Source: Eledone cirrhosa
Taxonomy: Eukaryota
Length of the DNA stretch: 64,000 nt
Assembly: GCA_964016885.1 (NCBI GenBank)
Contig: OZ024756.1
Coordinates: 15,934,001 to 15,998,000, forward strand
Direction: 5' to 3'
A program made the position numbers and the translations under genes. Below are positions 1 to 14,018 of this stretch, in pieces. The notes under the pieces were generated by a model, which did not search any database, was not told the DNA's origin, and saw only the letters and a program-made list of their open reading frames with translations. Positions within the stretch are counted from its first letter, which is position 1; every line of letters starts with the position of its first letter.

Positions 1-930
1 GACAGCTTCCGTTACCTGGGTGACGAAATCAGCAGTGGGGGAGGGTGCTCTGAAAGTACAGTAGCTAGAGTCAGAACCGGGTGGAAAAAGTTCAGAGAGC
101 TTATACCACTATTAGCCGCTAAAGGGTTCTCCCTAAAAATGAAAGGCAGGTTGTATGATGCCTGCATACGAACAGCAATGTTGCATGGCAGTGAGACCTG
201 GGCATTGTGTGCAGAAGATATACGCAGACTAGAGAGAAACGAAGCTTGCATGCTCCGCTGGATGTGTAATAGTAATATACGTGAACGACAAAGCATAAAC
301 GAACTAAGGAAAAAATTAGAAATAAGAGGGATCAGATGTTGTCTACTCGAGAGAAGGCTACGTTGGTATGGTCACGTAATGCGCATGAAGGACGATAGCT
401 GTATAACAAAGTGCAGGGCAATAAAGATAGACGGTAGCCACGGGATAGGCAGACCCAGAAAAACCTGGGATGAGCTGATAAACTCCGACCTCACCAAGAC
501 AATGTCACTGGACCGAGACCTTTGGCGGTACTCAGTAATAGAGAAGACCCGCCTTACCTAAATACATAGTAAAACCTACTACAGCCAGTAGGCATCTCTA
601 ACAAAATACACCCCCCCCCCCCTCCCCCCCTCCATTGTAAAGTTATGTTGGTGCCACAACATCCAGGCCGAAACAAATGAGATCGTGTAGGTGTCATGAC
701 AAAAAAACACACAGTCCACGCTGTAATGTGGCCGTGTAGGCAACACGGTAAAAACCTCCCAGTCCCACACTGTAAATGTGGTTGGTGTTAGGAAGGGCAT
801 CCAACTGTAGAAAACCTGCCAGACAGTCCTATACGAGCAAGATAATCACTCTTGCTTCAAGTGGGAATACCCCCGTCCAAACCCATGCAAGCGTGGAACA
901 CGGACGCTAAACGTTGATGATGATGATGAT
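1..930 (+). mobile_element. RTE-clade LINE, 3' end (RT C-terminus, 3' UTR, (GAT)n tail)
   Basis: GRLYDAC...MLHGSETW...[11 protein letters not shown]...GRPRKTW; tail ggacgctaaacgttgatgatgat. Near-identical to 36248-37215. Confidence 0.9.
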
Positions 931-1053
931 ATATGTATGTATGCATATATATGTATGTATGTATGTATGCATATGTATGTATGTATGTATATATATGTAT
1001 GTATGTATATATATGTATGTATATGTATGTATATATATATATGTATGTATATG

Positions 1054-1084
<31 letters not shown>

Positions 1085-1091
1085 GTATATA

Positions 1092-1590
1092 TATATATGT
1101 ATATATATGTATGGTTTCATCTGGTCTCTTGAATACAACAAAGATCGACCTCCTTACGTTCAAGCATTTCTACAACCTCGTTAGCGCGACCCTTTAAGGT
1201 GCCTACATTTATGGTACCAACTCTGAAGTTTTGGATTGCGTTTGGGGGTTGGGGGCGGTGGGCGATGGGGTTATGTTAGCCGTCCGCGGTCGAAACAATG
1301 AGGAGTGCTCGCATTCTCGTCCACGAGGTGAATTTGTCTTTATGTTTGGCATTGTCGCTGAGCGTCCAGATTTTTCTCTCTCTCCTCCACTCTCCAGGAT
1401 TCCGCAGTCCATCCATCCATCATATATCGAAAGGCAACCAGGCAAGCGATAGTATAGGCCTCTGGCTTATGATTGGTCCGCGTAATAATAATACTGGTGA
1501 TGCGTGGGGACTCTGGCTTATGATTGGTCCACGTAATAACAATGGTGGTGCGTGGGGGCAGGAGGGAGGGGTGTTGGGTAGCTAGCTAGA
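1092..1590 (-). mobile_element. RTE-clade LINE 5' fragment (5' UTR and start of AP endonuclease)
   Basis: Minus strand reads [36 protein letters not shown], the AP-endonuclease N-terminus; cut off by a microsatellite. Confidence 0.75.
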
Positions 1591-2332
1591 AGGTAATGAT
1601 TGAATGAGGTCCTTGTATTTAACAAGTGATTAACAAAAATACAAGATTTGTTCTGTTCAATACGACAAAAACTCTCGTATCTAACAATTAATGATAACAA
1701 AAAATGTAGATTGTTTTAGCAATATGTATATATATATATATGTATATGTATATATATATATGTATATATATATATTTATTTATTTATTTAATTACATTTA
1801 ATTACATTTAATTATACATTTAATTATATCTTATATTATATTATTTTAATTTAGTCTATGTTATTTGATTTTAGTTTACCTTATTTTATCTTATTTTACG
1901 ATTATATTATATTATGTTCTATGTATATAATTTTTAATTTTAATTTTATATTATTTTATCTCATTCCTTACCCTATATTTTATATTTTATATGTAAGTTT
2001 GTTATGTATTTCTTTGTATTTCTTTATATTTTCTTATTTATATATATTATAAGTCTGTTTTTCACCTATTTTTTACCTACTCTTACCTAATCCCATCTAT
2101 CTTATCTACTCTTGTCTGTTCTCTTATCCATGTGTCTACTCTTGTCTGTTCTCTTATCCATGTGTATGCTTGTATGTAACTATATGTTGACAGCACCCCG
2201 CCCAACTGTGACTGATAGCACCCCTTATTTTTATTTTTACTTTTATTTTTATTCTTATCCTTTATCGTCTATTATTACCTTTCATTCTTCAATGTCTTGG
2301 ATTTGTTATTGCTTGTATGGTATGTAATTAAC

Positions 2333-2390
2333 CTTTATGCTCTGATGAGTCCCACTTATAGTGCGGATGAAACAATGTTAGCAAGTAAAG
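2333..2390 (+). ncRNA. Minimal type I hammerhead ribozyme motif
   Basis: cttta-tgct CTGATGA gtcc-cac ttata gtg-c-ggat GAAA c aat g TT agca-ag-taaag. Stems I and II and a short stem III pair; predicted cleavage after GUU. Confidence 0.75.
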
Positions 2391-2533
2391 ATATGCATAT
2401 GCTATAGGCGTTCTTTGTTATTTATTATATATATGTATATATATATGTATATGTATATATATATGTATATATATGTATATGTATATATATATGTATATAT
2501 ATAGAAAGATTTGAATGGATAGTTGAAAGGAAT

Positions 2534-2653
2534 TTATTGACACGTGTTTCTATAACAGTTACATAACCTAAAACAGCTGCTATCTACAAACTTTTAGTTA
2601 TGCAGACATTCAATATTTCAATGTTATTATTTACTGTCATTTCATCAGAATAA
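2534..2653 (-). ncRNA. Hammerhead motif in PLE pLTR with long loop II insertion
   Basis: Minus: ttatt CTGATGA a atgacagt...actgttat a GAAA cacgtg TC aataa. Palindromic stem/loop III. Confidence 0.75.
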
Positions 2654-3201
2654 TATTACTGAGGACCTATTTAGTATTTATAGAGAATATTAGGAGGGAG
2701 GGGTGAAGTTGTTAGAAGAATAGTTGAAGGAGTGGTTTTTCGATAGCACTGAGAATTCTTGGTGGCAGTGAGTAATTAGATTCCCATCTGTTGTTTTGAC
2801 ATTTTTTATAGAATATATTATTGGTTATTTTTCCAAATCTATAGAAGGATTAGAGATAGTAAAGATATGCGTGGTTGGTTTTGTGTTTGCACTTAATTAA
2901 CATTCAGACTTAAATTTTTCTTTCAAGTGTACGTATCCTTTCACCCACGCATTCACACACAAATATATTTGCACACCTCTACAAAATACATATACTCACA
3001 ATTCACATATTCATACTTACATATATATACACATGCATACACATATATATACACACATGTATTCATGTACATACATACGCGCTCATGTGTATACATTTTC
3101 ATACTCAACTTATCTTTATATACACACGTATAGACACACACATATATACATACATACTCTAGTCCATGTGTACACACATACACATACATACACACCTATA
3201 T

Positions 3202-3248
<47 letters not shown>

Positions 3249-3525
3249 ATATATAAGCACTTTAATACATGAATACACTTACATCTAACTATACACATCA
3301 AACATATATATATATTTACTTATTTATATACATTTTCACATATATATACATACTTATGGACGTTTTTAGACACATTCATTATCGCATATTTGCACCTATT
3401 CTCATCAGCATATCTTTCCATTATTAGTATGGTAATTTAAGGTTATTAATATATGTTGAGAAGAGATTGTTTTTTATATTTTTCTAACTAGATTAAAGTT
3501 TATATAGTTGGGGGATGTCCCTCTT

Positions 3526-4626
3526 TTATGTAATATTCGGCTTGTAGTGGGAAAAAAGGGTTTTAGTTCTGTGACGGCAGAATAATGTTCGTTCAATTCT
3601 GTTATTCAGCAGTTTTTTCTTGTGTGTGATTATGTAATAAATCTCAAGATTACACAATTTGCAGAAATTTTGGCTCCTGGAAAAGCTTTGGGTTTTAGCT
3701 AATTTCTCCCATTTTAGGGTAAACTTTTGATCGCTATCCCTGAGCGTCCAAGCTTTTTCTGCTAAAGTTGTTACATTTCTTTGGCTCTGGTGTTTTATTG
3801 AGTAAGAATGCCTATACAATCGAGATTTAAACGATGTTGCCGTTGATCCCACGTAATACCACTCGTTGCCTCCGGATTTAATGGTACACTTATAAATAAT
3901 ATTTTTTTCCAGGCAGTTATTGCCGAGGGGGCAGTTGTCAGGATAGGTGCAGTTACAGTTGTGTACGTTGGGTTTTCTCTGGGGTAGTATTGCGGACGAA
4001 CTTAGGTGTGGTTTATTTATGTTTTGTAGTGTATTGTCTACTGTTTTTTTTGTGTTCTTTGTACTTAAGTTTTTAGTGTTTTCGTTTAACCTTCTAGTAT
4101 TGATCTTTTTTATGTGTTGTTCAAGGTTTAACGCTGTAGAGAATGACAGTCTTATAGTGGTAGGGTTTAGGATTTTGTGGTATTTGTGTGATGTAGGAAA
4201 ATGTCTTTTAATTATTTTAAAGAAGAGTACTGGTAAATTTGTACTAAAGGAACTATTGTATTCGGGGTTATACCATAAGTACTCTTTGCATCGCTTTCTA
4301 TTAGTTTTGTTTGTTGGTTTACTGGTGTGCATACTATGGTAGTAAGTGTGGTTTGGTGTTGTGTTATTATATCTACCTATGTGGGATTTATTTTGGGTGT
4401 TTTGATTGTTCCCATCTATGTACTCTATTTTGTTGAGGTAGCCTGCTTTACTAAGGGCGTTATCGTAGTACTCGGCGTGTTCCTTAAATACTTGTATGTT
4501 AGAAGATAGACCCGAGATTCTAAGGGAAATATTTTTAGGGATAGATTTAATTATAGAGATGGGGTGGTTAGACCCAACATTTACGTATTTGAGATTTTCA
4601 TTCAATTTATGAAACGGTTTAATCAA
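3526..4626 (-). pseudogene. PLE polyprotein C-terminal part (thumb, linker, GIY-YIG endonuclease)
   Basis: Uninterrupted 366-aa frame with SNHP..IIKSIP, WYNP, CPLGNNCL, YYVGST and CKLCNLE; RT core lost by 5' truncation. Confidence 0.85.
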
Positions 4627-4876
4627 ACCAGAGTTTAAATTGAATGTTGAATGTCTGCATAACTAAAAGTTTGTAGATAGCAGCTGTTTTAGGTTATGTA
4701 ACTGTTATAGAAACACGTGTCAATAAATTCCTTTCAACTAAACTGTATCCATTCAAATCTTTCTATTTTTCTCCGGATTACTTTTGGAACTACAACTGGA
4801 ACCGTCGAGCAAACTCTACGTGAGCTGATAATCTACTGTGTGTAATATTTATATTACAACACAACGGAAAATACTG

Positions 4877-6315
<1,439 letters not shown>

Positions 6316-8765
6316 GCACTTTTTTATACAGCTGTTGTCCTTCATACGCATCACATGTCCATACCAACGCAATCTCCTCTCCAGAACACAACATTTGATA
6401 CCTCTTATGCTTAGTTTCTCTCTCAATTCATTTATGCTTCGCCATTCGCGCACATTACTATTACACATCGGAGCATGAACGCTTCATTTCTTTCTAATCT
6501 ACGCAAGTCTTCAGCACACAAATCCCATATCTCACTGCCATGTAGCATTGCTGTTTGTATACAGGCATCATACAATCTGCCTTTCATTTTTAGAGAGAAA
6601 CCTTTTGTGGCCAACAGCAGTATAAGCTCTCTGAACTTTTTCCATTCCGTTCTAACTCTGGCTACTACACTTTCAGAGCACCCTCCTCCACTGCTGATTT
6701 TGTCACCCAGGTAACGGAAGGTGTCCACTATTTCTATAAAACCATGTGAGCAGTTGAAGGAGATAGCATCCAGTGGGTCCTTACTACTTACTGCACCTGA
6801 GCATCGGCCACATATAAAATCTACATTCTTAGATAGCTTATCTGTGATCCCACTACATATTTTATGTACCCATAGTTTGCATTTGGGGCATAGAATGGAA
6901 TTTCTACCTACTCCTTTCTTCCACACTGAGCATGGCTATTTCCCAGAGGGCACCTGTGCCCTATTCTCATACTAGAACTTTAGTCTTAGACAAGTTGACT
7001 CTAAGGCCTTTTGATTCTAGGCCATGCTTCCATGTTTGGAACTTCTTCTCTAGTTCAGCCATGGATTCAGCTACGAGAGTTAGATCATCTGCATATAGAA
7101 GTTCCCATGGGCAGCCAGTCTTAAATCCTTCTGTTATAGCCGGTAGGACAGTAATAAACAGGAGGTGCTAAGGACGGAGCCCTGGTGAACACCTAGTATT
7201 ATGCTTAATTCATCACTATATTCATTGTTAATTCTAACCTTGCTGACTGTTCCTCTATACATGGCTTGTATAGCTCTCACAAGCCATTCTTCCACTCCTA
7301 GTTTTCTAAGTGCCCACCAGATTAAGATGCGTGGAACTCTGTCAAAGGCCTTCTCCAGGTCAACAAAAGTAGAGGGGTTTACTGTTAGCTAGGTACTTCT
7401 CCTGTAATTGCCGTATAAGGAAAAGAGCATCTGTGGCACTTTTACCTGGCACAAACCCAAACTGCATTTCATCTAGATCAATTTGGTCTCTAATCAGTTG
7501 AGTAATAACTCTGACTTTCATGACCTGGTCAACTAATTTAACACCCCTATAGTTTCCTCTATCCAGGACGTCTCCTTTGCCCTTGTAACAGTTGATGATG
7601 ATGCTGCTATACCAGTCATTTGGTATGACCCCATTGTGTATTACTTGGTTTACTATCCAGGTGACCATAGTATGTCCCACCATTCCAGATACCTTCAACA
7701 TCTCAGCAACTATCCTCAAAGGCCCAGCTGCCTTTCCTGTCTTCATATCTCTGATTGCTTTACTTACTATACTGCCATTAACTTGCAGAACTGGTCCTTC
7801 TATTGGATCGATGTGGGGCAGACTATCTTTATTCCATTCATTCTCCACATTCAGTAGTCTCTCGTAGTGACACTTCCAAGCTACCTTCTTATCACTATTA
7901 GTGAGGGCAAGTACACCATCGTCATTATGGACACACGTCTCCCCGACAATATCACAATTCTCCTCGACACATTGCCTTGCAATCCTAAATACCTCACGTC
8001 TTCGGTCCTCGCGTTGTAGAATATGCTTGAACTTACTATTCTCTGCTTCCCTCTTTGCAATGTATACTTGACGTCTAGCTTCCCTTCGAGCTACCTGATA
8101 GTGTTCTCTACTACCCCCGTCCTGCCATTCTTTCAATGCCTGCTTTTTGCCCTTGATGGACTCCTCCACCTTACTGTTCCACCACCATGTCACTCTTCTC
8201 CTGCCTAACGGTCTTGTCCTGCCACAGATTTCATCAGTCGCCTTCAACAGGTTAACATTCAGGAATTCCCACTGTTCCTCTATATTGTATGACTCTAATT
8301 GCTCTTCCTTAGTATCAAAAGCATCAAGTAATATGCTTTTAAATTTGTTACTGGTTGTGGGGGTTCTTCAACTTCCATAATCTTCTCGGCAAGTATGTCT
8401 GGCTCTGACTATGAGGTCACTAACTATTTGGCTATGTTGGGAGGCGCATTCTTTGCGAGGGAGGGACTTAGTGTTCATAACAGACACTCAGACTTTATCC
8501 TTACTAGGAAATGAGACAATCTGGCTGGTGTGCTCCCCTGATTTATATGTGATCAAATGACTGTCATGTTTTTTGAAGTTTGTGTTGCAGACAGTCAGGT
8601 CATTTGCATCACAGAATTCCAGGATCCTGCAGCATTCCTCATTTCTAGTACTAAACCTATAACATCCATGGACAGCCATCACAATGTTGTCCAACATGAC
8701 CATTAAGGTTGCCAGCAATAATTATATAGTCACTGTTGGGTATCTGGGAGGTAGTGAGCATTAGA
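6316..8765 (-). mobile_element. RTE-clade LINE relic (endonuclease C-terminus to RT C-terminus), frameshifted
   Basis: ILEFCDANDLTVCNTNFKK, TWWWN, GKAAGP, YKGKGD...NYRG, QFGFVPGKSATDA, FRYLGD, MLHGSE across ORFs 8488-8718, 7360-8247 and 6432-6926. Confidence 0.92.
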
Positions 8766-8794
8766 GACTATATATATATATATATACATATATA

Positions 8795-9100
8795 CAGTAG
8801 GCACCTCTTAACTCAATGTACACCCCACCACCACCACCCCTCTCCCGTCCCATCGACTGTGTTGATCACACAACAGTCCACACTATAAGGTGGCTTGTAG
8901 GAGACACGGTGAAAAGGCTCCCAGTCCACACTGTAAGTGTGGTTGGTGTTAAGAAAGGCATCCAGCTGTAAAAAAAACCTGCCAGAGACACTTCCGTGTG
9001 AGCAAGACATGGTCTGCTGACCATTCCCGCATCAAATGGAACAAAACCGTCTAACCCATGCTAGCGTGGAAGATGGATGTTAAACGATGATGATGATGAT
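8795..9100 (+). mobile_element. RTE 3' UTR fragment or RTE-derived non-autonomous element
   Basis: ggtgttaagaaaggcatccagctgta motif, aacccatgctagcgtggaagatggatgttaaac, (GAT)n tail. Related copies at 9725-10075, 11900-12210, 15290-15740, 23700-23945 (+) and 22640-22800, 24835-25040, 47460-47660 (-). Confidence 0.75.
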
Positions 9101-9137
9101 TATATATACATATATTATTATTATTACTTTAAAAGTT

Positions 9138-9245
9138 AATCCCGCCGAGGTTAACTTTGCCTTTCATCCTTACGGGGGTCGATAAAATAAAGTACCAGTA
9201 ATGCACTGGGTAATTGCTGGCCTTGTGCCTAAAGTAGAAACAATT
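9138..9245 (+). mobile_element. Deu/Nin-domain SINE, 5'-truncated
   Basis: ttaactttgcctttcatccttacggggtcgataaaataaagtaccag core; same family as 21898-22088. Confidence 0.75.
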
Positions 9246-10649
9246 AATATTATTACTTTAAAAGTAAAGGGTGTCATGAATGATACAAAATCAAACATAT
9301 GTCTTGTCTCTAAAAACAGCTCAAGATAGAATTCAAAGAATAAAATCGAGCCTTAATCATTATAAGAAAGTGATTGAAATATATTCATGCGTTTAGCGAC
9401 ATTCTCCCTGCATAGAGTGAGATTAGATGATTTTGAAATTCCCTCACTGATGATCCGTTTCAAAATATCTAATTTCACTGTTATTTGGTGAAATGTATTC
9501 TGATTTTGTGAAGAATACATATGAGGGAAATATATTTGATCGTTATCAGGAATTTTGTTTTAAACTTTTTATTAAATTCAATAAGATACTCAACAAATTA
9601 TGCAGTCTGACTTCAGTGTAGATTGTCTCTAGTTCTAAGTTTTGATATGTCTTAGTGCAAACTTATGAATATATTTCAATCACTTTCTTATATATACATA
9701 TACAATATATATATAATCATCATTGACACACGACCGTGACTTCTGGCGTCACACAGTAATACAGAGTACCCGACCTCCCATGGGTACAAGCTGAAGCATA
9801 TAGACAATATGCCCCCACCGCAAGGTGGTCGTGGAGGTGCCACGGCAAAAAAAGCACCCAGCCCACACTGTAAAGTGGACGTGTAGGCGCCACGAAAAAG
9901 CACCCAGCACTCACTGTAAATGAGGTTGGTGTTAGGAAGGGCATCCAGCTGTAGAAATCAAGCCAAATCAGTTCCTGTATGAGCAAGGCATGACCAGACA
10001 CTGCCCACAACAGGACAACCCGTCTAACCCATGCTAGCGTGGAAGAACGGATGTAAAACGGTGATGATGATGATCATCATTTTACGTCCGCTTTTCCCTG
10101 CTTGCAAGGGTTGGACGGGTCCTATTCAGCATCTCTCCACTTGTCATGGTCCTTCGTCATCTCCACGGTGAGTTTCAGCGATCTGTGGTCTGCTCTCACC
10201 ACCTCCACCCATGGTGACTGAACTTGCCTGTAGAACAATGAGGGAGTGAGCTAGTCAAGCGTTGAAAGTGAATTCTATACAGCAAATTCTAAGGAGTGTG
10301 GATGAAATTAGGCTAGCTAGAAAGCAGGCGAAAAAGAATTCTGGAGAAATCAGAGTAGAAATTAAAAAATTAAAAAGTTAATAAATTGAAATTAAAATTA
10401 AAAAAAATAGATAAAAATAATAAAAAATAATAAAGAATAATAAAAAAAAAAAACTAGAGTCTATAAAAACAGCTGCTATATTTTTAGCTGGTATTGCATT
10501 TTCAGCCAATGCTATATAGAATTTACTAGGGTGGGTCTACAAAAGCCTGATGGGCAAAGGAAGGGAGAGAAGCTGACAGGAAAGTTTTATACAATTTGTG
10601 TTTACAAGCTGAAATTGCCTCAGATTTTTTGCTTAAGATGTTTAGCTAA

Positions 10650-11730
10650 ATTACCTAGCCGTAGGAACACGTGCAACCCTGCAGCTAGTACTAACTGGAA
10701 CTGTAGGAATCGGGTTAACTGCCCTCTCTCCGGGAAATGCCTCTCCAGTAACATTGTCTACAAATGTAAGGTCGAATCACCCACGTCTAGTAGGGCCTAC
10801 ATAGGGTTAACCGCCAATAGATTCAAGCAGCGTCTTTACATGCACACCCATTCTTTTCTTAACCCTTTAAGAAGGAATATGATGTCACTTTCAGCTTATA
10901 TCTGGAGTCTAAAAGACAACCACACCCAATATAGGTTACACTGGGAGATCCTAGTTACGGCTAGATCGTATAACGGAAATAAAAGACCATGCGATCTTTG
11001 TGCCGCTGAAGCCCTGGAAATACTCTACGCCAATGACCACATCTTAAACAAAAAATCTGAGGCAATTTCGGCTTGTAAACACGAATTGCATAAAACTTTC
11101 CTGTATTACAGCCCCACATTATACCCTAACGGATAGTACGAACAATACGCGGATAATTTACGTCTTGATGTGGTAGCTAAGTATATTTTATGTTTATACT
11201 ATTACTTATTTGTATAGGTAAGTATATATTACCCATGTTTTGTGAAGGTACGTATACATTCTCCTACCTATGCTTGTATTTGTTATAGGTGTATATATTA
11301 TATTATATATACTGGTATATGTGTGTATTTTGTGTTTGTGTGTGTATGCACGTATGTAAGGTGTGTATATGTGTACATTGTGTTTTGGTTGTTGTACGTA
11401 GGCATGTGTGCTATATACGTATTTATGTGTATATTTATATACGTTTATATAATTATATGTATACGCACACACACACATATTATTTTTATGTGTATTTGGT
11501 GTATACGTTTGATTGTGTGCGGGTACATGTCGCGCGCGATTATGTATGTGCGCACGTTTATGTGTACGTGCATGTATATGCATGCATGGTGGGTGTTTTC
11601 GCGTATGCACATGTATGTACGTATATGGATGCGTGTATGTATATATTTAATTATTGATTTTAATAACCTCTGTGATTTTCATTCTACTAATTTATTTACA
11701 TTATTCTTAACTCTGAAGCCGAGAATCATT
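10650..11730 (+). mobile_element. Penelope-like element fragment (GIY-YIG, Naiad-like) with 3' region
   Basis: NCRNRVNCPLSGKCLSSNIVYKC...AYIGLTANRFKQRLYMH...CDLC; stop at 11136, then degenerate (TG/TA) tract. Confidence 0.85.
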
Positions 11731-12215
11731 CGGTTTCCTAAATAGAATATTAGTCTACAACTTCATTTATACCATAAACGTGCTTTTGTCTTTGCATGTA
11801 TTTGTTCTCATCGCTCCACATAACGACGTATTATCTTCGCTTTTTTCCTCAACACTATCAGACTGCCTGTATTATTGGATCTGATACAGAATCGGATGGC
11901 CAACCCTCCTCATTACTGTGGCACCAAGTACCGGCCCCAAAACTGTGAGATGGGTTAGGCTCCTTGTATTGGTGCCATCCAGTATCAGGCTCCAAAAACA
12001 TTCTTTGGTTGGGAGACGGGTTCGGCACAGACATTTGGCCTGTTCCTTCTCATAACGGAGCTATCCACACTGTAAAGTAAACCTGATCGGTGTTAGGAAG
12101 GGCATCCAGCAATAAAATAACCAGCCAAATCTACAGTCCTCCCCAGAGCAAGGTGCGACACATGGCCAACTCTGCCAACCCGTGGAAAAACTGATGTTAA
12201 ACAGTGATGATATAT

Positions 12216-12246
<31 letters not shown>

Positions 12247-12652
12247 TCACCAAAGAACCAATGTGTTTTCTAACATGTTTAGAACCTCATCCCAAGGTCG
12301 TATATTTACATACTTAAAATTTTTTAAATTCATTAAAAATTTAAGACCATGAGGAAGTGGTTCAAGATCGACATCATCAGAGTCCACCTTTACATAAGGT
12401 TCGGAGAGGAGAGTGGGAGATGGGTTAGTGTTGGTTTCGGTTTTTCATGCCTGAAATAAAGAGGAATGATTGCGTAGTCGTCCGGAGTTGAATTCATTTT
12501 TATGAGTGCTCCGACACTCCATCTTATATAGTGCTCAGACACTCCATCTTATATATATATATATGTTCACATGATCAAACCTGTGCTGATGGAAACAAAT
12601 TATAATATGTAATAAAGTTTACAAAAAGCTGCAATTCTTATTGTCACTTTAT

Positions 12653-12694
<42 letters not shown>

Positions 12695-12825
12695 GCAGAG
12701 GTTATATTTAATTTGTTGGGATTCAACAAGCTTAATTTTTATAACTGATATAAAGCACTCAACAAGTTAGTGGAGTAAATACACAATATATTAATAAATG
12801 GAAACTATATTTATAAAACCATATT

Positions 12826-12891
12826 TATTTTATTATATATATTTCAAGGGCAACCAAGGCAAATTATGGTGCGCTTTCATCAGATAAAATA
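12826..12891 (-). ncRNA. Minimal hammerhead motif (left arm)
   Basis: Minus: tattttat CTGATGA aag cgcacca...tggttgc c ctt GAAA tatata TA ataaaata; 8-bp stem I. Confidence 0.8.
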
Positions 12892-12991
12892 CAGATTTGT
12901 TTTATAAATAAATATTGACATACCCGGAAAAAAAAACGTTAAGGTTGTCTTTTTTCCGGGTATGTCAATATTTATTTATAAAACAAATCTG

Positions 12992-13057
12992 TATTTTATC
13001 TGATGAAAGCGCACCATAATTTGCCTTGGTTGCCCTTGAAATATGTATAATAAAATA
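12992..13057 (+). ncRNA. Minimal hammerhead motif (right arm)
   Basis: tattttat CTGATGA aag...ctt GAAA tatgta TA ataaaata. Confidence 0.8.
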
Positions 13058-13173
13058 AATATGGTTTTATAAATATAGTTTCCATTTATTAATATATTGT
13101 ATATATATATATATATACATATAATATAAAACAAAAAAAAAAATCAATGATGCATTTGGACTCAATTTATTGT

Positions 13174-13262
13174 GTGTGACAATTGTTTCGCCGGCGGACA
13201 GCTTGAGACGCGATCACTGTATGGATCTGTCTGATTCTGGAAACTGCAGGTTCGTCGGACAC
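13174..13262 (-). ncRNA. Hammerhead-like motif, CCGACGA core variant
   Basis: Minus: gtgt CCGACGA acc...ggc GAAA caattg TC acac. A rearranged relative of the surrounding repeat lies at 50955-51110. Confidence 0.55.
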
Positions 13263-14018
13263 TGGCAATAATTCCGGATCAAAATTTCTCTCACTCTGCT
13301 CTGTAAGAACATAGAGTGCTCAACCGGCATACCGCCTATGGAAGCATCATAGCTACCATCAAACACACATATATATATATATATATATATGCATTTATCA
13401 TTAGTATAGATCAGTGGTTCTCAACTGGGGTCCACAGGCAAAAAATAGAATAAGCTTTTCTTTTGTTGAATAGCTGAGGCCAGAATCAGTTCCTGTGCCA
13501 CCCTTGCAAGCAGGAAAAAGCGGATGTAAAATGAAATGAAAAATGAAAAATGAATCCTTATCAATCCCTCTTCAGATTTTGGTCTTCATAATTATTATTA
13601 CTGTATACATATATACATGTGTACCTTCTAATTATCACATAAAACTCTATGTGTACCTGTTACAGCTTAATTGCTAAATTATGATGATGAGGATGATGAT
13701 ATATTTAGTACCAGGCTGATTGATTCAGATATTCAGATATCCTAACCAATGTACACACCAGGTATTCACAAAAATTGCAATTCATTTTAAAGACTATAAT
13801 GTAGAGTTTTGAAAAAAAAGTTGTTTTATTTGATAATAACATTTTTATATAAGAAATGTTCTGAAATGTTATTAATATATTTTTGGGGATTTGTTCATAA
13901 AATTTTTTATAAATCGTGTTTACTATTTAAAACTGGAAACAACAATATAAAATGCTTTTTTCCCTTAAAAAAGAAAGTTTTTTTTAATTATAAAAAATTA
14001 CCTAAAATATTGTTATTG

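Larger units (their letters stand above)
2505..4765 (-). mobile_element. Penelope-like element (Naiad-like), 5'-truncated, with pLTR and inverted pLTR piece
   Basis: ORF 3526-4626 encodes RT thumb, CNCx5Cx5C and GIY-YIG (IIYKC...YYVGST...FKSRLYRH). 2505-2613 is repeated inverted at 4648-4765. Clade call from motif memory. Confidence 0.88.
12783..13100. repeat. 318-bp near-perfect palindrome with a hammerhead motif in each arm
   Basis: About 150-bp arms are reverse complements with one mismatch outside the imperfect centre (aacgtt|aaggttgtc). Confidence 0.95.

Noticed and set aside
1270-1345. HDV-like ribozyme in the RTE 5' UTR (cacctcgtgg, gctaa motifs on the minus strand)
   Set aside because: I could not build consistent P1 and P2 helices by hand; needs a descriptor search.
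9440-9505. ctgatga...gaaa pair
   Set aside because: Stem III and the cleavage triplet cannot be paired in register with stem I; likely chance.
13412-13440. Large hAT element bounded by cagtggttctcaa (13412) and ttgagaaccactg (60110-60122)
   Set aside because: The ends are 47 kb apart with no matching 8-bp target duplication; more likely two independent MITE fragments.
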